Below, piece by piece: positions 1 through 12,676 of a stretch of DNA of 64,000 nucleotides. The notes below the pieces were generated by a model. The model saw nothing but the letters and a program-made list of their open reading frames with translations. It did no database searches and was not told where the DNA came from. Both the position numbers and the translations under genes were made by a program. How positions within the stretch are numbered: position 1 is the stretch's first letter; each line of letters starts with the position of its first letter. The DNA lies in contig OX597823.1 in assembly GCA_951406725.2 (NCBI GenBank), positions 48,422,001 to 48,486,000 of the forward strand, read 5' to 3'. This DNA is from Octopus vulgaris (lineage: Eukaryota).

Positions 1-154
1 CATCCCTCATCACTTGTGTCAGTAGATTCCCATCAGATAGTCAAAGAGTTCAGTCCCACTGTGTGGCACTTTGGGCTAGTGTCTTCTACTATAGCCTCAG
101 GCCAACCAAAGCCTTGTGAGTGGATTTGGTAAACAGAAACTGAAAGAAGCTTGT

Positions 155-197
<43 letters not shown>

Positions 198-1093
198 ATG
201 TGTGTGTTTGTGGTGTCACTTTGTCTTTGTGTTGGTCCTTTCTATCACTACTTGACAACCAGTGTGTGTGTGTTTGCATCCCTGTGACTTAGTGGTTTGA
301 TAAAAGAGACTGACAAAATAAGTACATTTTCAAAAAAATAAATAAATAAATAAGTACATTCGACTAAAAATTCTTCAAAGCAGAGCTCCAGCATGGTCAC
401 AGTCTAATGACTGAAACAAGTATAAGATAAAAGAATACCTAAAGATTTTTACAAAAATGTTATTTTCTATAATTTTAAAATTTCTAAAATGTTTCAATAA
501 GTAAATTAGGAGTGAAGTATTAATTTCACTTCAATACCCATACAAAACCAAATGAAACTTCAGCTACAGTTTTGTTTGAAATAAAATTTCTTTTTATAGC
601 ATTATTTTAACATGGAAGGCAGCAAGATGGACATCCTGAGTTCAAATTCTACCGAGGTCAACTTTGCCTTTCATCCTTTCAGAGTCGATAAATTAAGTAC
701 CAGTGAAACACTGGGGTTGATATAATTGACTATCCCTCTCCCCTAAATTGCAGGCCTTGTGCCTACAGTAGACAGGATTTTTCTAAAAATGAGACAAAAC
801 CATCAGAATAATTAATTTATGATCAAGTAGATAATCCATTTTCTATGTTACTTTTACTATTAAGTTATATGTTTTATCTTTTCCTTCCTTTCTCATTTAC
901 CTTTTACTTGTTTCAGTTATTAGACTGTGGCCATGCTGGGGCACCACCTTGAAAGGTTTAGTCAAACAAATTGAGCCAGTGCTTACATTAATTTAAAGTT
1001 TGGTACTTATCTTATAAGTTTCCTTTTTTGCCAAAGCATTAAGTTACAGAGATGTAAACAAAACTAACATTGGTTGTCAAACACAAACACAAA

Positions 1094-1134
<41 letters not shown>

Positions 1135-1548
1135 ACACGGACACACATATACATACAATAGGCCTTTTTTTCAGTTTCCACTCACATGGCTTTAGCAGAA
1201 GACATTGGGCTAAGGTGCCAAGCAGTGGGACTAAACTCAGAACTATGTGGTTGGGAAGCAAGCTTCTTACCACATAGCCATGCCTGTGCCTATATACTCA
1301 TACAGATTATATATTTATGAAAACAAAAGTCAAAATCCCCACAATGGCTAAGATGTTTTTTTTAACTTTTATTTAGAATCTTTTCAATTATATTTTAATA
1401 TGCATTTTCAACCTCTCATAGTTTCTACACTTCATTGCCATATGTTTATAATAGTACATCATCATCATCTTTGCAATTAATAAATAATGATACTAATGAT
1501 AATAATCATAATCATAATAATAATAATAATGATAATAATAATAATAAT

Positions 1549-2117
1549 TATGCCCTGATGCAGTACAAGGCAGTTGCTCTTGTGGCTTCTGATCTTAACT
1601 GATTGGAAGTGTTATCATGTACATTGTTTTCTTGGTATAAAAGATATGGGCTACAGCAAATATTCTGCTCAATAACACAGATTTATTGGTCAGTTGTTTG
1701 ACCTTAACCAGTTGAGCATGCCCCTTAGAAGCTGATGATATTTGCATCTCTAATTACGAGCAGAAGTAGTGGGGGAGCATCATAGCCATGTGTTGAGAGG
1801 GATTCTTTGGGGTTTGAATAATTAACCTCTGGAAACATGGGTGTTTCGTTCAACATCCTTAAACAACCATTATTCATGGACCTTTTGAGCGGGATGGGTT
1901 ACTCGACCAGAAGAAAATTCCAACTAGGCCCCACCTGCAAGGTCATGTGCTGTTTATCTTGATATGAGATCACCATGTTGTGCACATATGTTTGTTATGC
2001 ATGTGCCTAGTGTACCCTTATCAGACAAGTAGTCATGATGGGTATACTGGGCTTCATATATTTTACCCCAGTGTCACTTTGATGGCATGCACTGCTCTCT
2101 CACTCAATAATAATAAT
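1549..2117 (+). mobile_element. Interspersed repeat embedded in (AAT)n, probable 3' portion of a non-LTR retroelement
   Basis: Higher-GC block flanked on both sides by (aat)n; no ORF. Family assignment is inference. Confidence 0.45.
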
Positions 2118-2226
2118 GAGCTGTATAAAATTGTATCACAAGTATCATAACAGAAAACAAACTAGTAAGAAATCAATATTTTTTTTATTTTGTTTGATTC
2201 CTTTTTCAAACTGCATAATCACTCAC

Positions 2227-2362
2227 CTTTTCTTATCAGTTTCATTTTCAGCATTGAAGTAAAATGTCCGCAGTGACTTCTCAGGAGGACTGACAACAAA
2301 ACCATATTTCTTCTCTGGCAGAGCTCTGTCATCTACCTCATAGCCATGAAAGTGAGCAACAC
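2227..2362 (-). CDS. Host gene exon C (136 nt, phase 1 to 2): C-terminal half of the second PH domain
   Basis: tgtcttttaatcag|GTGTTG...AAGAAAAG|gtgagt; (G)VAHFHGYEVDDRALPEKKYGFVVSPPEKSLRTFYFNAENETDKK(R) fits PH strands 5-7 and the helix start. Phase matches exon B; the gene continues left of the window. Confidence 0.93.
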
Positions 2363-2412
2363 CTGATTAAAAGACACAATAATGACATATACATACATAT
2401 ATATATATATAT

Positions 2413-2646
2413 AGCTTAAAGTTTATAAGTGCTCACTGTGTAATGACTAAATAAAATAGTCTTATAATGAGGCATATAGGCCCGCAACGGAAAAAGTAGG
2501 GCTCATATTTGTCAGAAAACAAAGAGCTGTGGGTTCAAGGCCCATGCATACAGGAAACCCTACTTTTTTTGTCAAGGGCTTATTTACCCCATTATTAGAC
2601 TATTTTCTTTAGTCATTGCATGGTGATTGCTTATAAGCTTTAAGCT
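2413..2646. mobile_element. Foldback MITE with ~90-bp imperfect terminal inverted repeats
   Basis: agcttaaagtttataag...aaaaagtaggg (2413-2501) versus ccctacttttt...cttataagctttaagct (2558-2646); TA flanks. Confidence 0.75.
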
Positions 2647-2699
2647 TATAAAATATTATTATCATTTGCAGAATAGTAAAAATTGACAAAAACCATCAC

Positions 2700-2749
<50 letters not shown>

Positions 2750-5700
2750 ATATATATATATATATATATAAATATATATACATGTATATATCAGCTTCAA
2801 AAACAAATTTGCTACTACCAGATGCAAATAAATGAGCAAATTAACCAGTAAATAAAGAAAACTGAATTGCAAAATTTTACATCAGAGCTTTTAAGCTGGG
2901 CTACAGTTTACTGTAAGCAAAATGATCAAGATGAGATAACCACAGAGTTTGCTGGCTTTTAAATTCTGATTTAAATACCATTAATTCTATTCTTTCAATG
3001 TTCCAGAGTGAAGATGCATGGCTTAGCAGTTAGGCTATTCAGCTCATGAACATAAGGTTATGAGTTCAATTCCCAGTGGAGCATTGTGTCCTTGAGCAAG
3101 ACACTTAATTTCATGTTGCTTCAGTACATTCAGCTGGCAAAAATGAGTAGTACCTGTAATTGAAAGGGCCAGCCTTGTCACATTCTGCTTCTTGCTGAAT
3201 CTCCCTGAGAACAAAATTAAGGGTACACGTGTCAGTGGAGAGATCAGCCACTTGCACATTAATTTCATAAGCATGATATTCCATTGATTGGATCATTGTT
3301 CCACAGAATTAGTGGTGTTGAAATTCTGAGATAAATGGTAAATATTGAAACTCTGCTTCACATGCTAATAATTTAAATCATTACTTTAAGGTTTCATCTC
3401 TTAAATTTAGGTACATAATTTAAATGTTAATTTTAGGATTTATTACTAAATGTTCATTTTGCCAAAGCAGCTTGGAACTAGATCTCTAGATTTTATTCTT
3501 GGCTTTCAAAGCAACAAATATGTTAAATAAAAATGCTTTAACAGTTATATAAATCCATTGAAGCTTATAATGAAACAAGAAGTATTATATAGTTGATACT
3601 TTATAGTATGTACATACATATATATGTATGTATACATACCTGTGTATGTGTGTGTGTGTGAGACAATGCTTGTGAAGTATGTAATTCAATTTGTCATTTG
3701 AATATTCTTAATTAGAAATTTCAGAATTTGAGTATTGAAGGTATTTCATCAGATATAATATCAAGTTTGTCGTAACACACCAACAGAGAATGGAAAAGTG
3801 TAAGTTGATAAAGATTGGAAATCTTATTTTGTGGGATGTGATAAGCCACAAACTATACACAAATCAATAACATACATTATACTTGAAATGCAAGATTTAA
3901 CTTCATATTTCTATTTAATACCTTAAATTTATCAAATTTATTGACATGATACAGTTCAATTAAAACATATCTGTAGAAATTATCAATAGAATTGAACTTT
4001 AATTGCTTAACTGAGATGCTTAACTCATATGCAACATGACTGGGTGAATGCAAAGAGTTATTAAATTTCCTTCCTTTTTTTATTCTATTTTAATTTAAAA
4101 AAGAGCTAGTTAACTAAGAATTAAGTTAAATTTACACAGCAAGTTTTGTTTATATAACAAAATATACAGGAAGAATGGAGCATCAATGTTAACTGTTCCA
4201 CACTTGGCAGTTATATAAAGTTGAACATTTTAATGAAGCAGGTGGTGTTATTTAATGTAGATCATTTATGTAATAGAGTTTTATAAAGACAAAGTAGATT
4301 TCAAACCTGATAACCACATAGATCAATATGGTTTTCAAGGAAACTTGCAATTGTTACATGTTCCAGATAAAAATAAAACAAAAACACTAGCTTCTATCAC
4401 ATGTTATACATATTTGAGAGCAATACATAAATATATATTTATGAAACTGTATATAGTTTTTATCAATATTATCATTTAATGTTTTTCAAAAATTCCCTTC
4501 TTTTCCCATTTTATTTAATAATCAAAATTAACCCATATAGCTGTTAAAATGTATCCTATTTTAATATTTTATGTAATTTATTTTAAACCAATAAAATTTA
4601 ATAGCATCTTCAGTATAATGTCAACAGAAGATTTTAAATCAATTTATAACAGATTTTCCACGATCTTTTAAAAAACAAATAACAATCAGTATCTGCGAAT
4701 GTGGATGTTATCATTTTCCTTTCCCAATTTACAAACACTTAAATTTTAATGAACTACAGGGTGCTTGAAATATATTTTACAAAATGCATTTTACTTAATG
4801 TTTCTCCCATAAAATCTACCTTTTGGTTTAGATGAGGGGGGGAAAAAAAATAAAAGGAGATACAATACAACATCAATCATGGAATTAAATTAGAACAGTC
4901 GAAACTTCTAATTTAATTCTGTGAATTTTTCATGACATCAAAAATATCACATCATGCAATAATGTTTTCATATGAAGATACATATCAAAGAATCATAAAT
5001 CTAACTCTAAACATAACCGTTTAAAACAAAAATAATCCAAATGAACTCTGGAATGTAAGATGCATGAAAGAGATTGATCAACTTTTAAGAGATTAAATTT
5101 AAATAATACACACACACACATATATATATACCTACATACATGTATATATGAATTTTTTTTTGTGGCATACTAGGAAATATCAAGACAAGTTGGAGCTAGT
5201 TTATTTGATTCATTTATTTGTTATGAATATTTAATCTAAGATAAATTATTCAAGAGTAGTGCATTATTTGAAAGGTCCTTTGTTTTTGTTAAATGGTTCT
5301 CTTTATTTTCAATATAAAAATGAGGAAACTGAGAATCAAATTCTAGTGTATAGAGACGTGAAGATTTAGAGAATCTGAAACATAGTCTATATGAGTGTTT
5401 CCCAACCAGGGCCCAGAACCTTACAGTTCCATCAAAGAGGTTGCTAGAGATTTTGAAAGAAATAAGAATTTATAGTCAAATCATATACATATATATGTAT
5501 GCATTTTGAATCCTCTTGCGTTTAATTCTATGTTCATAATTTTATATATATAATGTGGTTACTAAACTTTTACTTTTATATTATAGTACAGAAGATAGTA
5601 AGGATTATAATTTCTGTATGACTTAATAGAGTTGTTGCTATTTAGTTACCTATTTAGGAGTGGTTGTAATTTACTTGTTGAATTTATTTATCAATACAGT

Positions 5701-5921
5701 TGTACATAGGGTAAATGTGTTTGAAAGTTGTGGTTTCTTTGTTCCCAAACAACACTTATTTTAATGCTGTTGACACCACCGGATTGAATGGTACTGCCCA
5801 GGTGTCAAAACCATAATGATATCCATGGGGCAGCTGATGATGGAGGCATGTTGGATTGTGGAATAGTATTATGACACATCCTTTTGATATATATATATGC
5901 ACAGTACATTCTTAAAGGTGT

Positions 5922-6242
5922 GGAAGGCATGTGGCTTGGTGGTTAGGGTATTCAGTTCATGATTGCAAAGTCATGAGTTCAATACCTGGTGATGCATTGT
6001 CTTTGAGCAGGACACTTTATTTCATGTTGGTCCAGTCCACTCAGCTGACAAAAATGAGTAGTACTTATATTTCAAAGGGTCAACCTAGTCACACACTGAG
6101 TCATACTGAATCTCCATGAGAACTACGTTAAGGGTACACATATCTGTGGAGTGCTCAGCCACATGCATGTTAATTTCATGAGCAGGCTGTTCCATTGATT
6201 AGATCAAATGGAACTCTTGTTGTTGTAACTGACAGAGTACCA
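5922..6242 (+). mobile_element. tRNA-derived CORE-like SINE, tail type a
   Basis: Head gtggcttggtggttagggt...gagttcaatacc; core ttgagcaggacacttt...ccagtccactcagctg; tail ctgaatctcc..gagaactacgttaagggtacac. Also 3010-3300(+), 9682-10002(-), 46356-46675(-). Confidence 0.8.
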
Positions 6243-7082
6243 GTATTCCTAAAGGTAGAAAAATACTAGCATCTGTAAGTTAGACAGTGAACATGTAGGA
6301 AAAATTACCTTAAGAAGAATTATAGAGGAATTTGGTCTAAACATGACTTTGTTTAAGATGAAATTTCTTCTTCGTGGTGCTTGATAGGTCCAACACTGCC
6401 AAAACCTTGCAAAGACATCTTTTATGAATCTTTTAATCTCCCAAGAAATTTATCTTTATGAAAGCAAATATAAAAGTTTATTAAAACTGCAATCCTGGTT
6501 TCCTAAGACATGGAATGTATTTTTAAGGTCTACTGAGAAATGCTGGTTCATATGTTGCAAATTATAGTCAATCATTCAAGTATTTAGAAACAAGATGACC
6601 ATAGACAAAGGCATTGAACCATACTGTCTTCCTGATTTTTCATATACTAGGGACTGCATTGAACAGTGAAACTGTCTTTAGTTAAGAAGACAGAGTTTGC
6701 TTTAAAAAAGATTTGGCTGCTATTTCCAGCAGGTCGAGTGACCACAGAGAGATTTTCTCATAAACCTGTAAACTGTGAAATTGAATTCATGGCTGCCTTC
6801 TTGAGTTTGAGAAGATATGTTATTCTAAATTTAGTCAATTTACCTAGCTATTCAGAAAGGTTCTTCATCATGTTACAGCCAAGAGTTGTAAAGGAAGAAA
6901 AGTACTTTAAAACACATACACACACACAAAAAAAAAATAATAAAAACTGCAAGCAAGAACTTTCAGAATATTCTACATCTGTCTTGGAGGTCAGAAGACA
7001 AAAGAAATTTTCCAGAAAGCATAATAATACTACTGTTAACAATTCCTGAAGGCTACAATACAAGACCTGATAGTATTTAAGA

Positions 7083-7865
7083 CAGTGGTTCTCAACTGGG
7101 GTTCATATGGCCCCTAAGGGTCCATAAAAGATTTTTTTTTCTTTGTGGAGGGGTCCACATGACAAAATAATAAACTGGGGATTCATGATAGTATTTTAAG
7201 GGCCCCTGAAAATTTTTGTTTTAGATGTGTGTATTGGTTAGTATCACAAGAAACTGCTAGGTTTCTTTCTCTTATGGTTTACACAGTTCAACCAATGCAA
7301 GTTAATATTCTTTACTCTGTTACTCTTTTACTTGTTTCAGTCATTTGACTGCGGCCATGCTGGAGCACCACCTTTAGTCGAGTAAATCAGCCCCAGGACT
7401 TATTCTTTGGAAGCCAAGGACTTATTCTACTGGTCACTTTTGCCGAACCGCTAAGTTACAGGGACGTAAACACATCAGCATCGGTTGTCAAGCGATGTTG
7501 GGGGGACAAACACAGACATGGAAACATACACACACATACATATATATATACATATGACAGGCTTCTTTTCAGTTTCCGTCTACCAAATCCACTCACAAGG
7601 CTTTGGTTGACCCAAGGCTATAGTAGAAGACACTTGCCCAAGGTTCCACACAGTGGGACTGAACCTGGAAGCACATGGTTCGTAAGCAAGCTACTTACCA
7701 CACAGCCACTCCTATGCCTTAATAATGTATGAAAAACAAAATAGGAATTTTGAAAGAAATATTTATAAAACTAGTTTTTAATCATCAAATGGCTGGGGGA
7801 GGGGTCCACGAGAATAAAATGGTAATCAAAGGGGTCTATAGATAAAACATGGTTGAGAACCCCTG
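7083..7865. mobile_element. hAT-type MITE with 8-bp TSD and nested SINE
   Basis: TIRs cagtggttctcaac / gttgagaacccctg; atttaaga on both flanks (7075-7082, 7866-7873). Confidence 0.85.
7305..7720 (-). mobile_element. tRNA-derived SINE family S1 (dominant family; well-preserved copy)
   Basis: Head with A/B-box-like gtggctgtgtggtaag...ggttcagtccc, body gccttgtgagtggatttggtagacggaaactgaa, central (TA/TG)n, tail gactgaaacaagtaaaagag. Other copies near 44-435(+), 900-1290(-), 15375-15730(-), 26570-26975(-), 37240-37710(-), 42075-42460(-), 43350-43740(+), 45840-46220(-), 52255-52780(-), 56080-56470, 57080-57225(-), 61820-61975(+). Confidence 0.85.
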
Positions 7866-8486
7866 ATTTAAGACAACTGAAATTATAAGTCAGCAAATAG
7901 TCAACAATACAACTGGCTATAATACTATGTTAACTTGGTGTCATAGCCAAGGCTTAGAAAAACTAAAGTAGATTAACCACTGATCTTTATTCAAATTCTT
8001 TTTTATAAATTCAAAAAGAAATAAATTTATTCCACTATAATGTAACTTAAAGCACTGTTTTGAACAAACCTTACATTTGTGTACATAAGAATGCTTATGT
8101 CATAAACATTAGTTGCTATAGTATTAAGAATTAGATAAAACATTAACTATTTATTTGTTTTAGGTGTGAATATTCAATTTATTGGGTGAGAGAGAGAAAG
8201 GAGTAGAAGGAGAAAATAATTTGCATTCTTTAGAATCGAATATACTTTTACTATATATACTGGTTTCCTGAAATGAAGAAAGTTTTAGTTAAAATTTCTA
8301 AACTTGGGAAAAGTATAGTAAAAGAAAATTGAATTATTCATAACAGAGCTGCAAGTTGTAAGCTTGATTTTAAAAAAGTCAGTGTAATATGTGATAAAGA
8401 TAAGACTACACTGAAGTTTAGCTGAGACTATTAGCAATAAATAATTTGTTCAAGTAAGATAATGAACATTAGCAATGCACACTTAC

Positions 8487-8673
8487 CTTTGGCACTAATG
8501 GATTCAATATTCTTATAGTAGTAGACACAGGCATCCTTCAAAATACAATAGCGTCGTCGCCACACTTTTCGATTCATGCCCATTTTATACAAATAACCAC
8601 TACAATCTGGACGCTTTATTTCAAGAGCAGGAATTCCAACATTATGGCTGGTAACATCAAGCCAGGAATCTTT
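8487..8673 (-). CDS. Host gene exon B (187 nt, phase 0 to 1): linker and N-terminal half of a PH domain
   Basis: ttttttatttattatag|AAAGAT...GCCAAAG|gtaagt; open frame KDSWLDVTSHNVGIPALEIKRPDCSGYLYKMGMNRKVWRRRYCILKDACVYYYKNIESISAK-G contains the PH motif GYLxK...WRRRYCIL...YYY. Confidence 0.93.
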
Positions 8674-8734
8674 CTATAATAAATAAAAAAGAATATAGCA
8701 TGGTTTATAAGAATTATGGAGAAACTTTGAGTAT

Positions 8735-8793
<59 letters not shown>

Positions 8794-9249
8794 TCATTAT
8801 TTAAAATTCGCTTTCCATGCTGGCATGGGTTGGACAGTTTGGCAGGAGCTGGCCAGGCATGAGCTTGTACCAGACCTCTGTGTCTGTTTTGGCATGGTTT
8901 TTGCAACTGGATGCCCTATTACTGTGAAGCTGTCTTCCTCTTAAAAGCAACCAACCAGCCATGAAACATGTCAGTAATTTCCTTATTATTTGTGTGTGTG
9001 TGGAGAGAACAAAATGTATTCACATTTGTTTACTTTCTACAATGTACAATTCAGACATTAAAAGTTGTAGACTATCTACATTAAATTTATTGTAGCACAC
9101 ACACACACATTATGAAAGTATCTTCTTGTAGCCAAGAAAACAGTAACATATTGAACATCTTATAATATTCTACCAAACAATACCTCTCACAGTAATCAAA
9201 TCAATATAAACTTCCCAAACTCATAGATAATCAAATCAATAAGCTATCT

Positions 9250-10340
9250 TATACAAATCCAGTTCCAGGACTGGGTGGCTTTCTAGATCTACACCCAAAA
9301 TTCTGTAATGCGAGCCTTGCTAAACCCCTGAAATACAATGATAGAATCATGCAGATGCTGGAAGCCTTTCAAGAATATGGAAAGAACCAATAGCATATAT
9401 TCATACACATGCCAGTGGGGTATGAACAAACCACTACAGGCTTAAATTGCAACAGAAAACATGTAGAAGAGGTAACAAATTGTTTATACAAATATATCTT
9501 TCAGAACACAAACAAATTTTGAAGAGTCTGCTTATCTGGATATCAAGGGTTAACTGTGTGTACTTTGATTTCATCAAAGCCTTTAACAAGTTTGACCAGG
9601 TAACATTATATCACAAGTGGTAAAATGCTAGCATAACAAGAGGTTTAACACTTAAGCATTGAGATTATTCTGTCAAATGTTTGGCACTCTGTTGCTTATG
9701 ACAATGAGGATTCTAGTTAACCTGTTCAATGGAACAGTCTGTTTGTGAAATTAATGTGCAAGTGGCTGGGCACTTCACAAAAGATGTGTACCCTTAATGT
9801 AGTTCTCAGGGAGATTCAGAGTGACACAGAGTGTGACAAGGCTGGCTCTTTGAAATACAGGTACTACACATTCTTGCCAGCTGAGTGTACTGGAGCAACA
9901 TGAAATAAAATGTCTTGCTCAAAGACACAACAAGCCATCAAGAATCAAACTCACAGCCTTACAATTGTGAGCTGAACACCCTAACCACTAAGCCATGCAC
10001 CCACCTTCCCTTCTGTCAAATGTAATGCTTATTTATTTACATTGTTTTGAATTAATCATGCATCATCTTGTGGCTTCAAGATTTTGATGATGATTACTTA
10101 TTTTTAGAATGACACTGTAAGGTAAGCGTGAGATGTTGGACCTGACTAAATTGAACATAAAAAATGCAGAATATTTTGATCAGATATGGCCAGTTTAAAT
10201 GTTAAAGGACTAAGCATTTAGATCAATGATTTCCTGAAAGTCCAAATTCAAACAATAATGGCTAATATAGAGGCCTGAATGTAGTAATATGTGGAACAAG
10301 ACAAGACACTGTTCTGAGTCTCTTTTCTTCCTCAAAATAT
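9250..10340 (+). pseudogene. Ancient LINE RT relic interrupted by a piggyBac-type MITE and a SINE
   Basis: VYFDFIKAFNKFDQ at ~9558-9599 (eroded YLDFxKAFDKV); resumes after 10212 with INDFLK and CGTRQDTVLS (eroded SGVPQGTVLG). Confidence 0.5.
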
Positions 10341-10420
10341 TGTTATACAATGGATTACACACAGTAGCTATGGAAACAACACTAAAATGACACTAGAAAG
10401 GTTAAGACAAACAAAGATAT

Positions 10421-10585
10421 CTATGACAGTTACTGAAAACTTCTTGGCTTTAAAAATATTGCGAAAGGCCTAGCTGAGTTTTTTTACAGGGCTTAGAAAA
10501 ATTGAATGACCACCGCAATAAGTGGAATATGTTGAATAATATCAAAATTAACTGACCTAAAGCCAGGAACTTTTGATAATAAAAG
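10421..10585 (+). mobile_element. Decayed copy of the same mariner-derived MITE as 51843-52027
   Basis: ctgaaaacttcttggcttt ... gaccaccgcaataagtg ... aaagccaggaactttt; inverted ends and shared core. Confidence 0.55.
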
Positions 10586-11904
10586 ACTTTATTAAATGCC
10601 ACCCAATTTCATACTCTTTATTATAGGGATCTCCAATTAAATGTTCTCTAAACAGTAAAACAGTTCAAAGCTCTAAACACATCTGTGATCTGAGCAGAGC
10701 TTAAATTTATGGATATATGTTTCTTTAAATGTATTCATACAGTGTCAAGAGTATTTGGACAGAAAGAATATTTGCTTGGAGAGAACCAACACAAAAGACA
10801 TAGAACATTCTGCTCTGAAGGCAGTCTGAAACAAGCCAAAAAAAAAATATATATATATAAATAAATAAATAAAATAAAGAACGAACATATATGAATATAA
10901 ATGTGTGTGTACTTATGCATTTGTTATGTAAATATATGTGTATGTATGTGTGTTTCTGCATTTGTGTTTCTATATGTCTGTATGTAGACATGTATGTACA
11001 GATGTATGTATGCATACATGTGGTGTATGCATGTATATATGTGCATATGTATGTGGTGGGTGTATACATGTATTTACATGTGTATCATATGTGTGAGGGG
11101 GAAAGCCTTTGTATTAAACACGTTATATTGGAAACACAATTTTCCTATTTCCTTATATGTCCTTTATCTTTAGTTTGGAACAATAAAGTTTCCAGGTCCA
11201 TCAATATTTCTAGAGCTTCTAAATCTTAGTCTGTATTAAGTAGTTGGTTGTTAGTTGTGTTTATTATTGTCTATTTATAGTGGGCAGCAAGTATTGTGAA
11301 AATGATGCTGTTACTAATGATATTATTGCTAGATTTAAAATGTTGCCAGTGAATGTGTAGCTACTTTCAGCCATCAGAAACCGGTCTTATTTTATTGCTA
11401 AGGTTCTGTGTCTGTGTGTTAATTTTTGGTTTTTATTTGCTATTAATAAAGTTTCAATAGTTAATCTCCTAATTTATTTTGTAGAATTTTATATAAGATG
11501 GTTGTGTTATCAACTAAAGATTGCCTATTTGGTTTTATTTTGTATTTTGTACTATAATGTGCTACCACATTTCATTGTTGTGAATGTGAGATCAGGTGGT
11601 GAGAACATATCGTACTTGTATGTTCATTGTAACAGTTTAAGTCATAAAGATTACAACTTTCATTTATGCATTGGAATTTTTCTGTATCAAATGGGTCATC
11701 TATAGTATATTGTCTGGTTTGCAGGCTTATTTCTGTGTAGGAGAGGTGGTGATTAATTCTAGTCATTTTGTAATACATTCATACAGCTAATTTGGGGTTA
11801 GGTGTAATACATGTGTTATTCTGTTTTGAGAGATTTTTAATGATGTATTTAACCATTTTATAACTGAGATGCCTTTGATTCATATATTGATTCATATATA
11901 TGTG

Positions 11905-12162
11905 TGAAGGCATGAGGCCTAGTGGTTAAATTGTTGCACTCACAACTGCTAGATTGTGGGTTTGATTCCCTGACTGGGCAGCGCATTGTGTACTTGAGCA
12001 AAACACTTCTTTTCACATTGCTCTAGTCCCCATTTCGATCAGTAGGTAATGTTGGTTGACTCACCTCGCCAGTGGGGTGGTGTCATTTGAAGGCTAAAGC
12101 AATACAAAAGTGCATTGTGACCAGCGACGTGTAACATCTGATAGCCTGGTCAGTCATGTGAT
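11905..12162 (+). mobile_element. CORE-like SINE, tail type d
   Basis: Head plus core then ggggtggtgtcatttgaaggctaaa...gcattgtgaccagcga...gtcatgtgat. Confidence 0.7.
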
Positions 12163-12371
12163 GTGTGTGTGTGTGTCCCCCTCCACCACCACTTGACAAT
12201 TAGTGTTGATGTGTTTGTGACCTCGTAATTTAGCAGTTCAGCAAGAGAGACTGATAGAATAAGTACCAGGCTTAAAATGTAAGTACTGGGTTCAATTCAT
12301 TTGACTAAAATTCTTTGCTCCAGCATGGCTACAGTCTAACAATTTAAACAAGCAAAAAATAAATAAAGAAA

Positions 12372-12676
12372 CCTATCCGACTCGTGGCCGATGCCAGCAC
12401 CGCCTCGACTGGCTTCCGTGCCGGTGGCACATAAAATACACCAATCTGACCGTGGCCGTTGCCAGCCTCGCCTGGCACCTGTGCAGGTGGCACGTAAAAA
12501 GCACCCACTACACTCACGGAGTGGTTGGCGTTAGGAAGGGCATCCAGCTGTAGAAACATTGCCAGATTAGACTGGAGCCTGGTGCAGCCTTCTGGCTTCC
12601 CAGAACCCCGGTCGAACGGTCCAACCCATGCTAGCATGGAGAACGGACGTTAAACGATGATGATGATGATGATGAT
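12372..12676 (+). mobile_element. SINE family S3 (Meta-domain-like body) with (GAT)n tail
   Basis: ggttggcgttaggaagggcatccagctgtagaaa ... ccatgctagcatgga...ggacgttaaacgatgatgat. Also 23752-24058(-), 8793-8916(-), 26286-26385(-), 61980-62043(+). Confidence 0.75.

Noticed and set aside
6666-7049. 127-aa ORF
   Set aside because: Non-ATG start, runs through a (CA)n/poly-A tract, no domain motif.
11345-11390. Fourth hammerhead (gaaaccggtc) near the Penelope-like relic
   Set aside because: No recognisable CUGANGA core with correct stem geometry.
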